From Gemmatimonadota bacterium (lineage in GTDB: Bacteria; Gemmatimonadota; Gemmatimonadetes; Palauibacterales; KS3-K002), in assembly GCA_020344015.1 (NCBI GenBank), contig CP070812.1, forward strand, positions 2,385,002 to 2,449,001: a stretch of 64,000 nucleotides of DNA, given 5' to 3'. The stretch's first letter is position 1. The number at the start of each line of letters is the position of its first letter. The notes under the pieces are model-generated. The model worked only from the letters and a program-made list of their open reading frames with translations, did no database searches and was not told the origin of the DNA. Shown here piece by piece: positions 1-8,300 of this stretch. A program made the position numbers and the translations under genes.

Positions 1-716
1 CCTGTGCCCGGCGGCATGTCGACTATCAGGTAGTCGAGCTCACCCCACTCTACCTGCTGCAGAAACTGTCGGATGATCCCCATCACGATCGGGCCACGCC
101 AGATGGCCGGCGTGTCTTCATCCAGCAGGAAGCCGATGCTCATCAACTTGACGCCGTGCGACTCGATCGGGACCACCTTCTCATCAGCGGTTATACCGGG
201 ACGGCTGTAGACACCGAACATGATCGGAATGTTCGGGCCGTAGACATCGGCGTCCATGAGGCCGACCCGCGCGCCTCGCTTGGCGAGCGCTACCGCCAGA
301 TTCGCCGCAACGGTCGACTTGCCCACACCACCCGTCCCCGAGCTCACCGCTATCACACGCTCCACGCCGGGTACCGTATCGGGCGTCGGCGACGCCGGCG
401 TCGCTGCCGGCTCCCTTCCGCCTCCTCCGGCCTGGCCCATCACGGGGAGTTTGCGTCCGCCCCGCGAGCCGCCGGCGCGCACCTCCATCCTCACGATCTC
501 GACACCGTCGACCGACTCGGCCACCGCTCGAGCCTGCTCGGCCAGCCCGGCAGGATCATCGGGCCCTGTGAGGAGTACGAAATCGACCTCTCCAGGACCG
601 CCCGCCTTCAGCTCCTCGACCGAGCCCGACGCCACGATGTCTCTGCCGGTCGCAGGGTCGACGATCGACCTGAGCGCCATCGCCACCTGTTTCACCAGTT
701 CTCGTTCGTCCGCCAT
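1..716 (-). CDS. mrp: Mrp/NBP35 (ApbC-like) Fe-S cluster carrier ATPase, 3' end runs off the window
   Basis: Not in the ORF track because it is truncated; translated by hand from ATG 716: [10 protein letters not shown]...[21 protein letters not shown]...[17 protein letters not shown]...VKLMSIGFL...[36 protein letters not shown]. Confidence 0.93.
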   Translation of the reverse strand, partial: [238 protein letters not shown]

Positions 717-761
717 GTCTTCCAGGTTGGTAAGAGTTCTCTCCGCCAAGGGATCGCTAAC

Positions 762-792
762 AAAAAGCCGGCAGGGACGTACCCATGCCGGC
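762..792 (-). terminator. Rho-independent terminator between nifU-like gene and mrp
   Basis: Minus strand GCCGGCATGGG-TACGT-CCCTGCCGGC followed by TTTTT. Confidence 0.7.
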
Positions 793-815
793 ACGTTTCC
801 AGACTACCCGCATGC

Positions 816-1049
816 TCAGACGGCGACGACCGTCTTGACCTCCGGCAGCACGCTCCGCAGCCGGTGCTCGATGCCACCCTTCAGCGTCAGCAGCGAGTAG
901 GGGCAGCTGTGACAGGCGCCGACGAGACGTAGCTCGACCAGCCCTTCCTCGGGATCGTAGCTGACCAGCTCGACGTCCCCACCATCAGCCCGGACCGCCG
1001 GCCGGATCTCGTCTATGACCGCCTCGATCTTCTCCATCGTCGTCGTCAC
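816..1049 (-). CDS. NifU/Nfu-family Fe-S carrier (stand-alone NifU C-terminal domain)
   Basis: IRPAVRADGGDVELV...LRLVGACHSCPYSLLTLKGGIE with the CxxC motif; SD GAGGAGG upstream. Confidence 0.92.
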   Translation of the reverse strand: MTTTMEKIEAVIDEIRPAVRADGGDVELVSYDPEEGLVELRLVGACHSCPYSLLTLKGGIEHRLRSVLPEVKTVVAV

Positions 1050-1103
1050 AACCGTATTCCTCCTCGCGCGAATCGCGGCACCGTAGTTGAGTATGGTTCT
1101 CAG

Positions 1104-1132
1104 AATCTACTTGAGAGCCCCAACTCGGTCAA
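1104..1132 (-). promoter_or_regulatory. Sigma70-type promoter for nifU-mrp
   Basis: TTGACC (1132-1127), 17-nt spacer, TAGATT (1109-1104). Confidence 0.6.
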
Positions 1133-1282
1133 CTTGAAACACCGCCAAGATGGCAGGCCGCAAAGTGTTGCGTCCTAATGACAAGCGCGTTATCCTGACT
1201 CCGGTGAGAGATCCTTGCCGCCAGTGGCTGGACGGAACCATACTTCACGTTGGGGTGCGGGGGAGGCGTTGAGGATCATCCG

Positions 1283-3574
1283 GTGAATTCTTCCGTTACA
1301 AGTGACGACCCGAAGGTTGGGCCCGCTTATGAGCGCGCCCACTTGGAGGACTACTGGCGCGTTATCCGCCGACGCGCCTGGCTCATCCTACTCACCACCG
1401 TAGTCGCGCTCGCAGCCGCCCTGTGGGTGGCCTCGCGGCAAACCCAGTACTACAGGAGCTCGCTAACGCTCCAGGTCGGCGATCCGCGCGGTCGCACAGG
1501 CCAGCTGGGCGATATCGACGTCACACCACAGATGATCTGGACCGATCCCATCGAGTCGGAGGTCCAGCAGCTGACCACGCAGGCCGTGGCAAGATTCGTG
1601 GTCGACTCGCTGCAGCTGCGGGCTCAATCGCCCGACCTTTCCAGGCAGTTACTCCTCGAAGAAGTATCGATCGACTCCACCGCTTCTCGGCGAGACTACC
1701 GCATCCGCATCGGCGACGCCGGGTCGCTGAGCATCGAGGGCGGCGGAGGGATCGCTGCGGTCCAGGGCAGGGTCGGCCAGCCGGTCCGCTTCGCCGCAGG
1801 GTACCTCGTGGTGAGCCCGCGGGCTCAGGCCGGTGAATACACGCTCCGGGTCATGACCCAGGCTGAGGCCGAGGGGACCGTCACCGGCGGCCTGGCGTCG
1901 AGCACGCGGCCGGAAACCAACCTGATAGACGTGACCTACACCGGTCGCGATCAATACCTGGTCCCGCAAATCCTCAACCAGGTGGCCGCGGCGTTACGCC
2001 ACATCGGAGTCCGCCGCGCCAGCGAGTGGGCCCGGTCCCGAACCGAGTTCATCCGTGAGCGTCTGACCGAATCCGGGCTCTCGCTCAGACAGTCCCTGGA
2101 GGCCGTTGAGAGCTACAAGGAGCGTCGGGGGCTCACCAGCCTCAAGAGCGAGGAGGACCGCGTCCTGGCCCGGATGGCGGCCCTGCAGACCGATCTGGAA
2201 GGTCTGGTTATCGAGAAGAGCATCTACACCGCCGTCCTCGACCAAGTCGGCGCCGAGGGCGTGCGGCGGGCGAGTATCCGGCATTTCGCGGTGTTATCCG
2301 GTGAAGGTGTGAACCGAACCGTGCTCTACTACTACGACGAGCTTCTGCGACTGCTCGACGAGCGTGCCGGCCAGCTCGGCCCGCTGGGCAAGGACCCCTC
2401 GCACCCGGCGATCGTCGCCATCGACCGGCGGATTGCGGAGACCCAGCAGCACCTGCTCGACGCCGCGGAGAACGCGATAGCGGCCGCCGATATCCGCATC
2501 GCGACGCTCACACGCTCGTTGGGCGAGCTGCAGGCCGAACTGCGCGCGCTGCCGGCGGTGGAGACCGAGTTGGCCCAGTTGCAGAACGAGGTGGAGATCC
2601 ACTCGGACATGTACAAGTATCTGCTGTCGCGCTACCAAGAGTCGCAGATCGCCGAGGCGGAGATCTCCCCCTATGTCGATGTGCTGGACCCGGCGCTTAG
2701 TGTGTGGCCGGTTCGCGGGGGGCAACGGGTCAACATTATCTTTGGTGGCCTTCTGGGACTGCTGCTCGGGCTGGCAGCTGCTTTCTTCTTGGAGTATCTG
2801 GATCGCTCGGTGCAGTCGACCTCCGACGTCGAGACGAAGCTGGGCCTCGCGGTGCTCGGTTGGATCCCCAAGGTAGAGACTGACGGCGAGGGGCGTCCGA
2901 TCCCGCTGCTCGCGGATATCGATGCCGAAGGCGCCGCAGCCGAGGCATATCGGGTACTTCGCACGAACCTCGCCTTCTCGACCGCACGCGAGCACCCGCT
3001 TCATAGCCTCGTCTTTACTAGCCCCGGCCCCGGCGAAGGCAAGTCGACGACGGTGGCCAACCTCGCCGCGGTGCTTGCTGCACGCGGCGACCGGGCGCTG
3101 CTCGTCGACGCCGACCTGCGCCGCGGCGAGCTGCACGACGCCTTCGACCTGCTCCGCTCACCAGGGCTCAGCGACCTGCTGGCCGGCGAACTCGACCCGC
3201 GGGAGGCGATCCGGCCCGCCGTACGACCCGGTCTCGACCTGCTTCCGGCGGGCAAGCGACCACCCAATCCGTCCGAGCTGTTGGGCTCGCAAGCGATGGC
3301 GGGCCTACTGGCGGGTTGGCGCGACGTCTACCGCTGGGTGCTACTCGACGCGCCTCCCGTGCTCGCCGTGACCGATTCCGTGGTCCTGGGGGCGCTGACC
3401 GACGGAGTGGTGCTCGTGTTGCGGGCGGGAGAGACGGATCGGCGGGCGGGTTGGCAGGCGATCCAGCAGTTGCGGCGGGTCGACGCACGTATCGTCGGCG
3501 CCGTGTTGAACGAGGTTGACCCGCAGCTCACCTCCGACCGCTACTACCTCGACTACTACTACGCCAAGTCATAG
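1283..3574 (+). CDS. Wzc/GumC-type polysaccharide co-polymerase / bacterial tyrosine autokinase
   Basis: N-terminal Wzz-like TM segment, periplasmic coiled coil, second TM (GGLLGLLLGLAAAFFLEYLD), Walker A GPGEGKST, A' LLVDADLR, Walker B VLLDAPP, C-terminal Tyr cluster RYYLDYYYAKS. GTG 1283 chosen for its SD GAGGA; the ORF is open from 1250. Confidence 0.9.
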   Translation: MNSSVTSDDPKVGPAYERAHLEDYWRVIRRRAWLILLTTVVALAAALWVASRQTQYYRSSLTLQVGDPRGRTGQLGDIDVTPQMIWTDPIESEVQQLTTQAVARFVVDSLQLRAQSPDLSRQLLLEEVSIDSTASRRDYRIRIGDAGSLSIEGGGGIAAVQGRVGQPVRFAAGYLVVSPRAQAGEYTLRVMTQAEAEGTVTGGLASSTRPETNLIDVTYTGRDQYLVPQILNQVAAALRHIGVRRASEWARSRTEFIRERLTESGLSLRQSLEAVESYKERRGLTSLKSEEDRVLARMAALQTDLEGLVIEKSIYTAVLDQVGAEGVRRASIRHFAVLSGEGVNRTVLYYYDELLRLLDERAGQLGPLGKDPSHPAIVAIDRRIAETQQHLLDAAENAIAAADIRIATLTRSLGELQAELRALPAVETELAQLQNEVEIHSDMYKYLLSRYQESQIAEAEISPYVDVLDPALSVWPVRGGQRVNIIFGGLLGLLLGLAAAFFLEYLDRSVQSTSDVETKLGLAVLGWIPKVETDGEGRPIPLLADIDAEGAAAEAYRVLRTNLAFSTAREHPLHSLVFTSPGPGEGKSTTVANLAAVLAARGDRALLVDADLRRGELHDAFDLLRSPGLSDLLAGELDPREAIRPAVRPGLDLLPAGKRPPNPSELLGSQAMAGLLAGWRDVYRWVLLDAPPVLAVTDSVVLGALTDGVVLVLRAGETDRRAGWQAIQQLRRVDARIVGAVLNEVDPQLTSDRYYLDYYYAKS

Positions 3575-4181
3575 CTCCGGTCGAACGTGCAGCGGCGCGG
3601 TCGCCGAGCGCCGCGGGCAAGCTCGAAAAGCTGCCATGGCCATCGGGCACGGCGACGCGCAGGTTCACCAACCGGCGCAGCCAAGAGCCGGCGGTGGCTT
3701 CGTTCACGCCGTGAGCGGAAGCGAACTTAGAAGTATCGACGCGTCCCATCCGATCGAGGCGGTTCCAGGCGGCACGCAACCGAACAGGCGCCGGCCCCCA
3801 CAGCGCGGGGCGACCAGAGTCGACCGCCACCAGCAGCAGCTTGTGCCTCCGCAAAACGGTGTCTATGGAGTCCCTATGATGTTCCGAGGCGTCCTGCACG
3901 ACGAAGAAAGCCTCGGACGGACGATCCGCACGCAGGTACTTCATCAGGAGCTTCGCGATTACCTCATCGGCGCAACTGAAATCGAGAACCCCGACCTGTG
4001 AGAAGTCGAGCACCGACACGCAGCAGCCGCGACCGCCCTGCAGTTGCGCCTCGATCGCCGAGCGCACCGCCTGACCGGTGGGTCTCGTCACCAGGTTGTT
4101 GTATAAGGTCGCCACCGAAGTGTGGACCACGGTCTTCACCAGTTCGCCCGTCATGCCCATCGCCGGATCACCCATTCCCAT
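3528..4181 (-). CDS. Hypothetical protein: STAS-like (DUF4325-like) domain plus putative C-terminal winged HTH
   Basis: LVTRPTGQAVRSAIE...VLDFSQVGVLDFSCADEVIAKL resembles a STAS fold; DTSKFASAHGVNEATAGSWLRRLVNLRVAV resembles a wHTH. SD GAGGAGG; true start may be ATG 4175. Confidence 0.7.
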   Translation of the reverse strand: MGMGDPAMGMTGELVKTVVHTSVATLYNNLVTRPTGQAVRSAIEAQLQGGRGCCVSVLDFSQVGVLDFSCADEVIAKLLMKYLRADRPSEAFFVVQDASEHHRDSIDTVLRRHKLLLVAVDSGRPALWGPAPVRLRAAWNRLDRMGRVDTSKFASAHGVNEATAGSWLRRLVNLRVAVPDGHGSFSSLPAALGDRAAARSTGAMTWRSSSRGSSGRR

Positions 4182-4186
4182 CCTCC

Positions 4187-5089
4187 TCAGCCACCGCCGC
4201 CCGGCGCGACGACCTGCGGGAGCACGACCTGTATCTGCGCCCCCGGAAAGTCCGGTAGTCCGCTACTAATGGGCTCTCGCTCGATCCAATCCGGGACTTC
4301 GGCGATCCGCGCCGTCCCGCTCCGAATCGTGAACAGCCCGTTCCAACGCGTCACCTGCTTGCGAATCCCCTGCAACCCCGGGCCGCGACCCGGGTCGCGG
4401 TAGCGGGAGACGCCGTGTAGGAAAGCCGCCTCGAGCGCGGTCTCATCCGACCACCGGTCACCGTAGCGCTGGGCATGCTCCCGGGCCAACGAGCCCCGGA
4501 AGCCCATGCCCACGTCCATCACGGCGATGACCACTACCTGGCGGCCCAGTCTCTGTTTCCAGTTGTAGGTCTGAGCCGAGACCCAACCATCGGTCCCAGC
4601 GTGCTCCACTATGTTCTGGCAAACCTCCGAGAGGATGACGCTGAAATGAAGCACGGCCGGTGGCGGGTAGCCCAGCCGCCGGCCTAGAATCGCGGCGGCG
4701 CGCTCACGCACGCGATCCACGACATCGTGCACATCCTGGTGCGAGCGGATCGGCGTGATCTCGAGCAGGGCGTCGGACTCGGTGGCCGACCGCCGCCTGA
4801 CATGACCCTCGAACTCGAAGATCTCGTGCGCGTTCTCGAAGAAGTGGATACGGCTCAGGTAGCTGGCCACCTCCTTGCTCTCCGGCGGTTGCAGCAGTGG
4901 CCGCTCGCCAAATCGCTCCTGCCACGCTGCACCGGCGGCCAGCAACCCCACGATCCCGTAGGGGCTCACCCAGCGGACATGCCGGGAGTCAAACAAGGCG
5001 CGGCCCCCCTCTGCAGCCGCCCAGCCGGCCACCAGCCCTTCGAAGCCTCGACTATCGAGCGTCTCGGGCACCGGGATGACGACCGTCAC
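4187..5089 (-). CDS. STAS-like domain plus GHKL/HATPase (anti-sigma-kinase-like) protein
   Basis: N box SEVCQNIVEHA, G1 VMDVGMGF, G2 GRGPGL, terminal PGAQIQV strand; N-terminal LFDSRHVRWVSPYG STAS-like segment; no His-phosphotransfer H box seen. Confidence 0.8.
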   Translation of the reverse strand: MTVVIPVPETLDSRGFEGLVAGWAAAEGGRALFDSRHVRWVSPYGIVGLLAAGAAWQERFGERPLLQPPESKEVASYLSRIHFFENAHEIFEFEGHVRRRSATESDALLEITPIRSHQDVHDVVDRVRERAAAILGRRLGYPPPAVLHFSVILSEVCQNIVEHAGTDGWVSAQTYNWKQRLGRQVVVIAVMDVGMGFRGSLAREHAQRYGDRWSDETALEAAFLHGVSRYRDPGRGPGLQGIRKQVTRWNGLFTIRSGTARIAEVPDWIEREPISSGLPDFPGAQIQVVLPQVVAPGGGG

Positions 5090-5116
5090 CGGACCTTCAC
5101 CTCGCGCCGCACACGC

Positions 5117-6082
5117 CTAGCCACAGTCGATCTCCCCCCTCAAGAAACGGTTCAGTCCCGACGCGCCTCGGTGAGCGGCGCTGCGGCTGGCCGCCGCATT
5201 GGCTCGCCCCATCGCCTCCTCCAACTCGATGCCGTCGAGCAGAGACCGGTAAACCGTCATCCCCCAGACATCACCGCAGCCCGTTGGATCGCCACCTTCT
5301 ACCGGCTCCGCCGCCACCCGACCCGTCCGAACCGCCGCCAGCTTCTCCAGTCGCCCTCGCTTCGCTCGCTCCAGGGGCAGAGCTTCAGGAACCATCACGT
5401 AGGCCGCGCCTTCGGCTCCCAGCGTCACGAACAGCAGTCGGGTCTCCCGGCCGACGACGTCCGCGGCGAAAGCCCAGGGATCCCCCCGGTAGGCGGCGAG
5501 GGCCGCAAGCTCGTCCTGGTTGACCTGCACGACGTCGAAGCACGACAGCCATTCCGACCAGCGGTCGAGCGAGCACCGTAGCCGCTCGCCACGCGGGCCC
5601 GTGGTTAGCGTCAGCGAGTGGATATCGACGTATATCGGTCCGTCGAATCCGTGCCGGACCTGCCGGGCGACCTCCAGGCCAAACTCGCAACCGGTGATGA
5701 AGTTCACGTACAGCGCATCGCAGCCAGCGACTCTCGGCTCCAGCTCCTCCCAGGTCCACTCCGGCACACCGCCCGTCAGTCGCTCCGTACGTCGCTCCGG
5801 ACCCGTATAGTGCAGCTCCACCCGCGGATTGGGCGAATCGATGACCACGATCGACTCGTCCGTCTCGAGGACGGACAGCTCTCTGAGGAACCGAAACCCC
5901 CGCTCCGCCAGGTCATTGCCCAACTTGACGAGCGGCCGGATTCTGGTCTTCCCCGGGCTGAGTGCGTCGGCCGCAGCGAGCGCGTAGCTTATCCCTCCCC
6001 ACTCCTCCACCGGCGATCCGACGTCCGAACCGCGCCAGATCGTGTCCCATACCATCGTGCCAAGCACGCCGACGATTCTCAT
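5117..6082 (-). CDS. PfkB-family carbohydrate kinase
   Basis: GTMVWD and WGG near the N-terminus, VQVNQDE, VTLGAEGA, C-terminal DPTGCGD signature. Confidence 0.85.
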   Translation of the reverse strand: MRIVGVLGTMVWDTIWRGSDVGSPVEEWGGISYALAAADALSPGKTRIRPLVKLGNDLAERGFRFLRELSVLETDESIVVIDSPNPRVELHYTGPERRTERLTGGVPEWTWEELEPRVAGCDALYVNFITGCEFGLEVARQVRHGFDGPIYVDIHSLTLTTGPRGERLRCSLDRWSEWLSCFDVVQVNQDELAALAAYRGDPWAFAADVVGRETRLLFVTLGAEGAAYVMVPEALPLERAKRGRLEKLAAVRTGRVAAEPVEGGDPTGCGDVWGMTVYRSLLDGIELEEAMGRANAAASRSAAHRGASGLNRFLRGEIDCG

Positions 6083-6256
6083 GCCGTGCGGCAGTCCGAT
6101 TCTGGGGTCACATCGGTTTTCGTTAAGCCGGTACTCCCGTCGTAGCGCCCGTCGGCCCGGCTGCGCGGCAGTCTGCGCGCAACGAGCGGATCGTGGAGGG
6201 TACTGTCGCCCAAGCTAATCAGTTCCTCACGCCGGCGCGAGTCCTTGCCTCGGCTC

Positions 6257-7255
6257 TTAGACCCTACCGCACTGCTCGCGCTTGAAACAGGCGACGGCGC
6301 CGATGATCCCCGCCATCCCCTTGAGATCCGAGGGAACGATGCGGCACGCCTGCTCGGCAACCTGGAAGGCACGGCGCCTGATTTCGGCACGCAGCGGCAC
6401 GAACAGATGATCACCGGCCCGGGTCACGCCGCCGGAGATCACCAGCACCTCCGGGTTGAGGATGTTGATGACGTTGGCCAGGCCGACACCCAGGAATTTC
6501 GCCGTGTCGTGCATGACTTCGGTCGCGTACGGGTCGCCCTGGACGACCGCCTCGAACACGGTCTCGGCGGTGATGTTCTGGACGTCACCGGCCAGCTCGG
6601 GGAGGATCGAGCCGACACCGGAATCGAGATCCTCAATAGCGCGCGCCGCGATGGCCTGACCCGACGCGTAGGCTTCCAGGCAGCCGTAGTTGCCACAGTT
6701 GCACTTTCGCCCGGTCGAGTCGATGGTCATATGGCCGATCTCGGCGGCGACATCGTTGGCACCGTGGTAAAGCTCGCCGTTGAGTACGATCCCGCCACCG
6801 ATCCCGGTGCCTAGCGTAACACCGACCAGCGTGTCGACGCCGCGTCCGGCGCCCATCCACCACTCGCCGTAGGTGGCGGCGTTCGCATCGTTGTCGAGTG
6901 TTGCGGGCAGGCCGATGGCGTTCTGGACCAAGTCGCGCAGCGGGAAATTGCGCCAGCCGAGGTTGGGTGTGTTGATCACCGTGCCGGTCTTTCGGTCCAG
7001 CGGACCCGGTGAACCGATGCCGACTCCGGCGAAAGCCTCTCGACCGACGCCGTTCTCGTCCATCACCTCGCGCATCGAGTCCTTGATCATCCTGATAACT
7101 CGATCGACGATGAACTTCGCGCCGCGTATGACCTCGGTTCGCTCGCGGCGCACCGCGAGTGGCAGCCCACCCTCGAACGACACGACACCCACGTTCAGGT
7201 TGGTGCCCCCGATGTCCACTCCAACGATCCAGTCACCTTCCGGCACTTTAGACAT
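6257..7255 (-). CDS. ROK-family sugar kinase (glucokinase-like)
   Basis: VGVDIGGT, DNDANAA, GTGIGGG, EIGH, CNCGNYGCLE. Confidence 0.93.
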   Translation of the reverse strand: MSKVPEGDWIVGVDIGGTNLNVGVVSFEGGLPLAVRRERTEVIRGAKFIVDRVIRMIKDSMREVMDENGVGREAFAGVGIGSPGPLDRKTGTVINTPNLGWRNFPLRDLVQNAIGLPATLDNDANAATYGEWWMGAGRGVDTLVGVTLGTGIGGGIVLNGELYHGANDVAAEIGHMTIDSTGRKCNCGNYGCLEAYASGQAIAARAIEDLDSGVGSILPELAGDVQNITAETVFEAVVQGDPYATEVMHDTAKFLGVGLANVINILNPEVLVISGGVTRAGDHLFVPLRAEIRRRAFQVAEQACRIVPSDLKGMAGIIGAVACFKREQCGRV

Positions 7256-8300
7256 CGCTTGACGCCCCCGTTCCTTTCAGCTGCTGGCGGGCCGCCTCGA
7301 CGACGGCCTCGACAGGAATGAGCTCCAGACACTCTCCGTGCGCCTCCGGCAGCAAGGTGCCCCGGCCCCGACGCGGGCAGCGGCTTCTGCCGCAAGGGGA
7401 GCACGGCAAACCAGACTGCCGGATCACCCGCGCCCGCGGGTTCAGCGGGCCCGTGCGCACCGGGTCGCCCGCGCCGAAGATCGCAATGATAGATGCGCCC
7501 ACCGCCGCCGCCAGATGCATGGGACCACCGTCGTTAGTGATCACGAGGTCGCACTCGCTGAATCCGGCGGCGAGCACCCCGAGATTGGTCCGACCGCCAA
7601 GGTCGATCCCCCGCGCCTTCGCCCCGGCCGCTACCCGGGCTGCCAGCACCTCTTGCTTCGGGCCGCCGAACACCACCACGGTCCCCACCTCCTGCCCCAG
7701 GATGCCGGCCAGCGCCGTGAACTTGCCCTCGGGCCAGCGACTCGCCGGCGCGTTCGCGCCCGGAAAGATCCCCACGGCCGGGCGCTCGAAGCGGCCCGCC
7801 ACGAGTTGGCGGAACTGCTCGAGCGCTCGCTCGCGTATCGGCAGGCGCGGCGGCGGCGGTGACCCGCCCTTCCAACCCGGATCGACGAGCCGCATATACG
7901 AGCTCACCCGGTGCTCGCCGGGAACCTCCGGGCGCACGGAGCGATCGTTCAGCAGCAGGCCTCGGATGCCGCTCGGCGTCCCCCTCCGCATCGGTATGCC
8001 CGCCAGGCAGGCGACGGCTGCCGTGGAGAACGACGGCGTGAATAGATACGATGCCTCATAGCCCACGTCGCGGATCCGCGCCGCCTCCTTCCAGACCGCG
8101 GCGCTCCGCCGGAAGGCCATCACATCCACCGGAAGCGCGGCGGTCTCGAGGACCGGCGCCAAAGCCGAGAGACACCAGACGTCGACGCCACGCTCCGGGT
8201 AGCGCTCGGCCAAACGATGCAGTGCCGGTATGGCCATAACTAGGTCGCCCAGATGATCCGGGGCGCGGGCGTAGATCGGTCCGCCGCGCGAGACGCTCAC
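7248..8300 (-). CDS. Glycosyltransferase family 9 (LPS heptosyltransferase, WaaF-like)
   Basis: [37 protein letters not shown]. Confidence 0.88.
   Translation of the reverse strand: MSVSRGGPIYARAPDHLGDLVMAIPALHRLAERYPERGVDVWCLSALAPVLETAALPVDVMAFRRSAAVWKEAARIRDVGYEASYLFTPSFSTAAVACLAGIPMRRGTPSGIRGLLLNDRSVRPEVPGEHRVSSYMRLVDPGWKGGSPPPPRLPIRERALEQFRQLVAGRFERPAVGIFPGANAPASRWPEGKFTALAGILGQEVGTVVVFGGPKQEVLAARVAAGAKARGIDLGGRTNLGVLAAGFSECDLVITNDGGPMHLAAAVGASIIAIFGAGDPVRTGPLNPRARVIRQSGLPCSPCGRSRCPRRGRGTLLPEAHGECLELIPVEAVVEAARQQLKGTGASSDV

Noticed and set aside
156-932. Long + strand ORFs over mrp/nifU, and similar antisense ORFs elsewhere (e.g. 4727-5581, 32865-34004, 56874-58016, 62078-63277)
   Set aside because: Shadow ORFs of well-supported genes in high-GC DNA; Arg/Pro/Ala-rich with no recognisable motifs.
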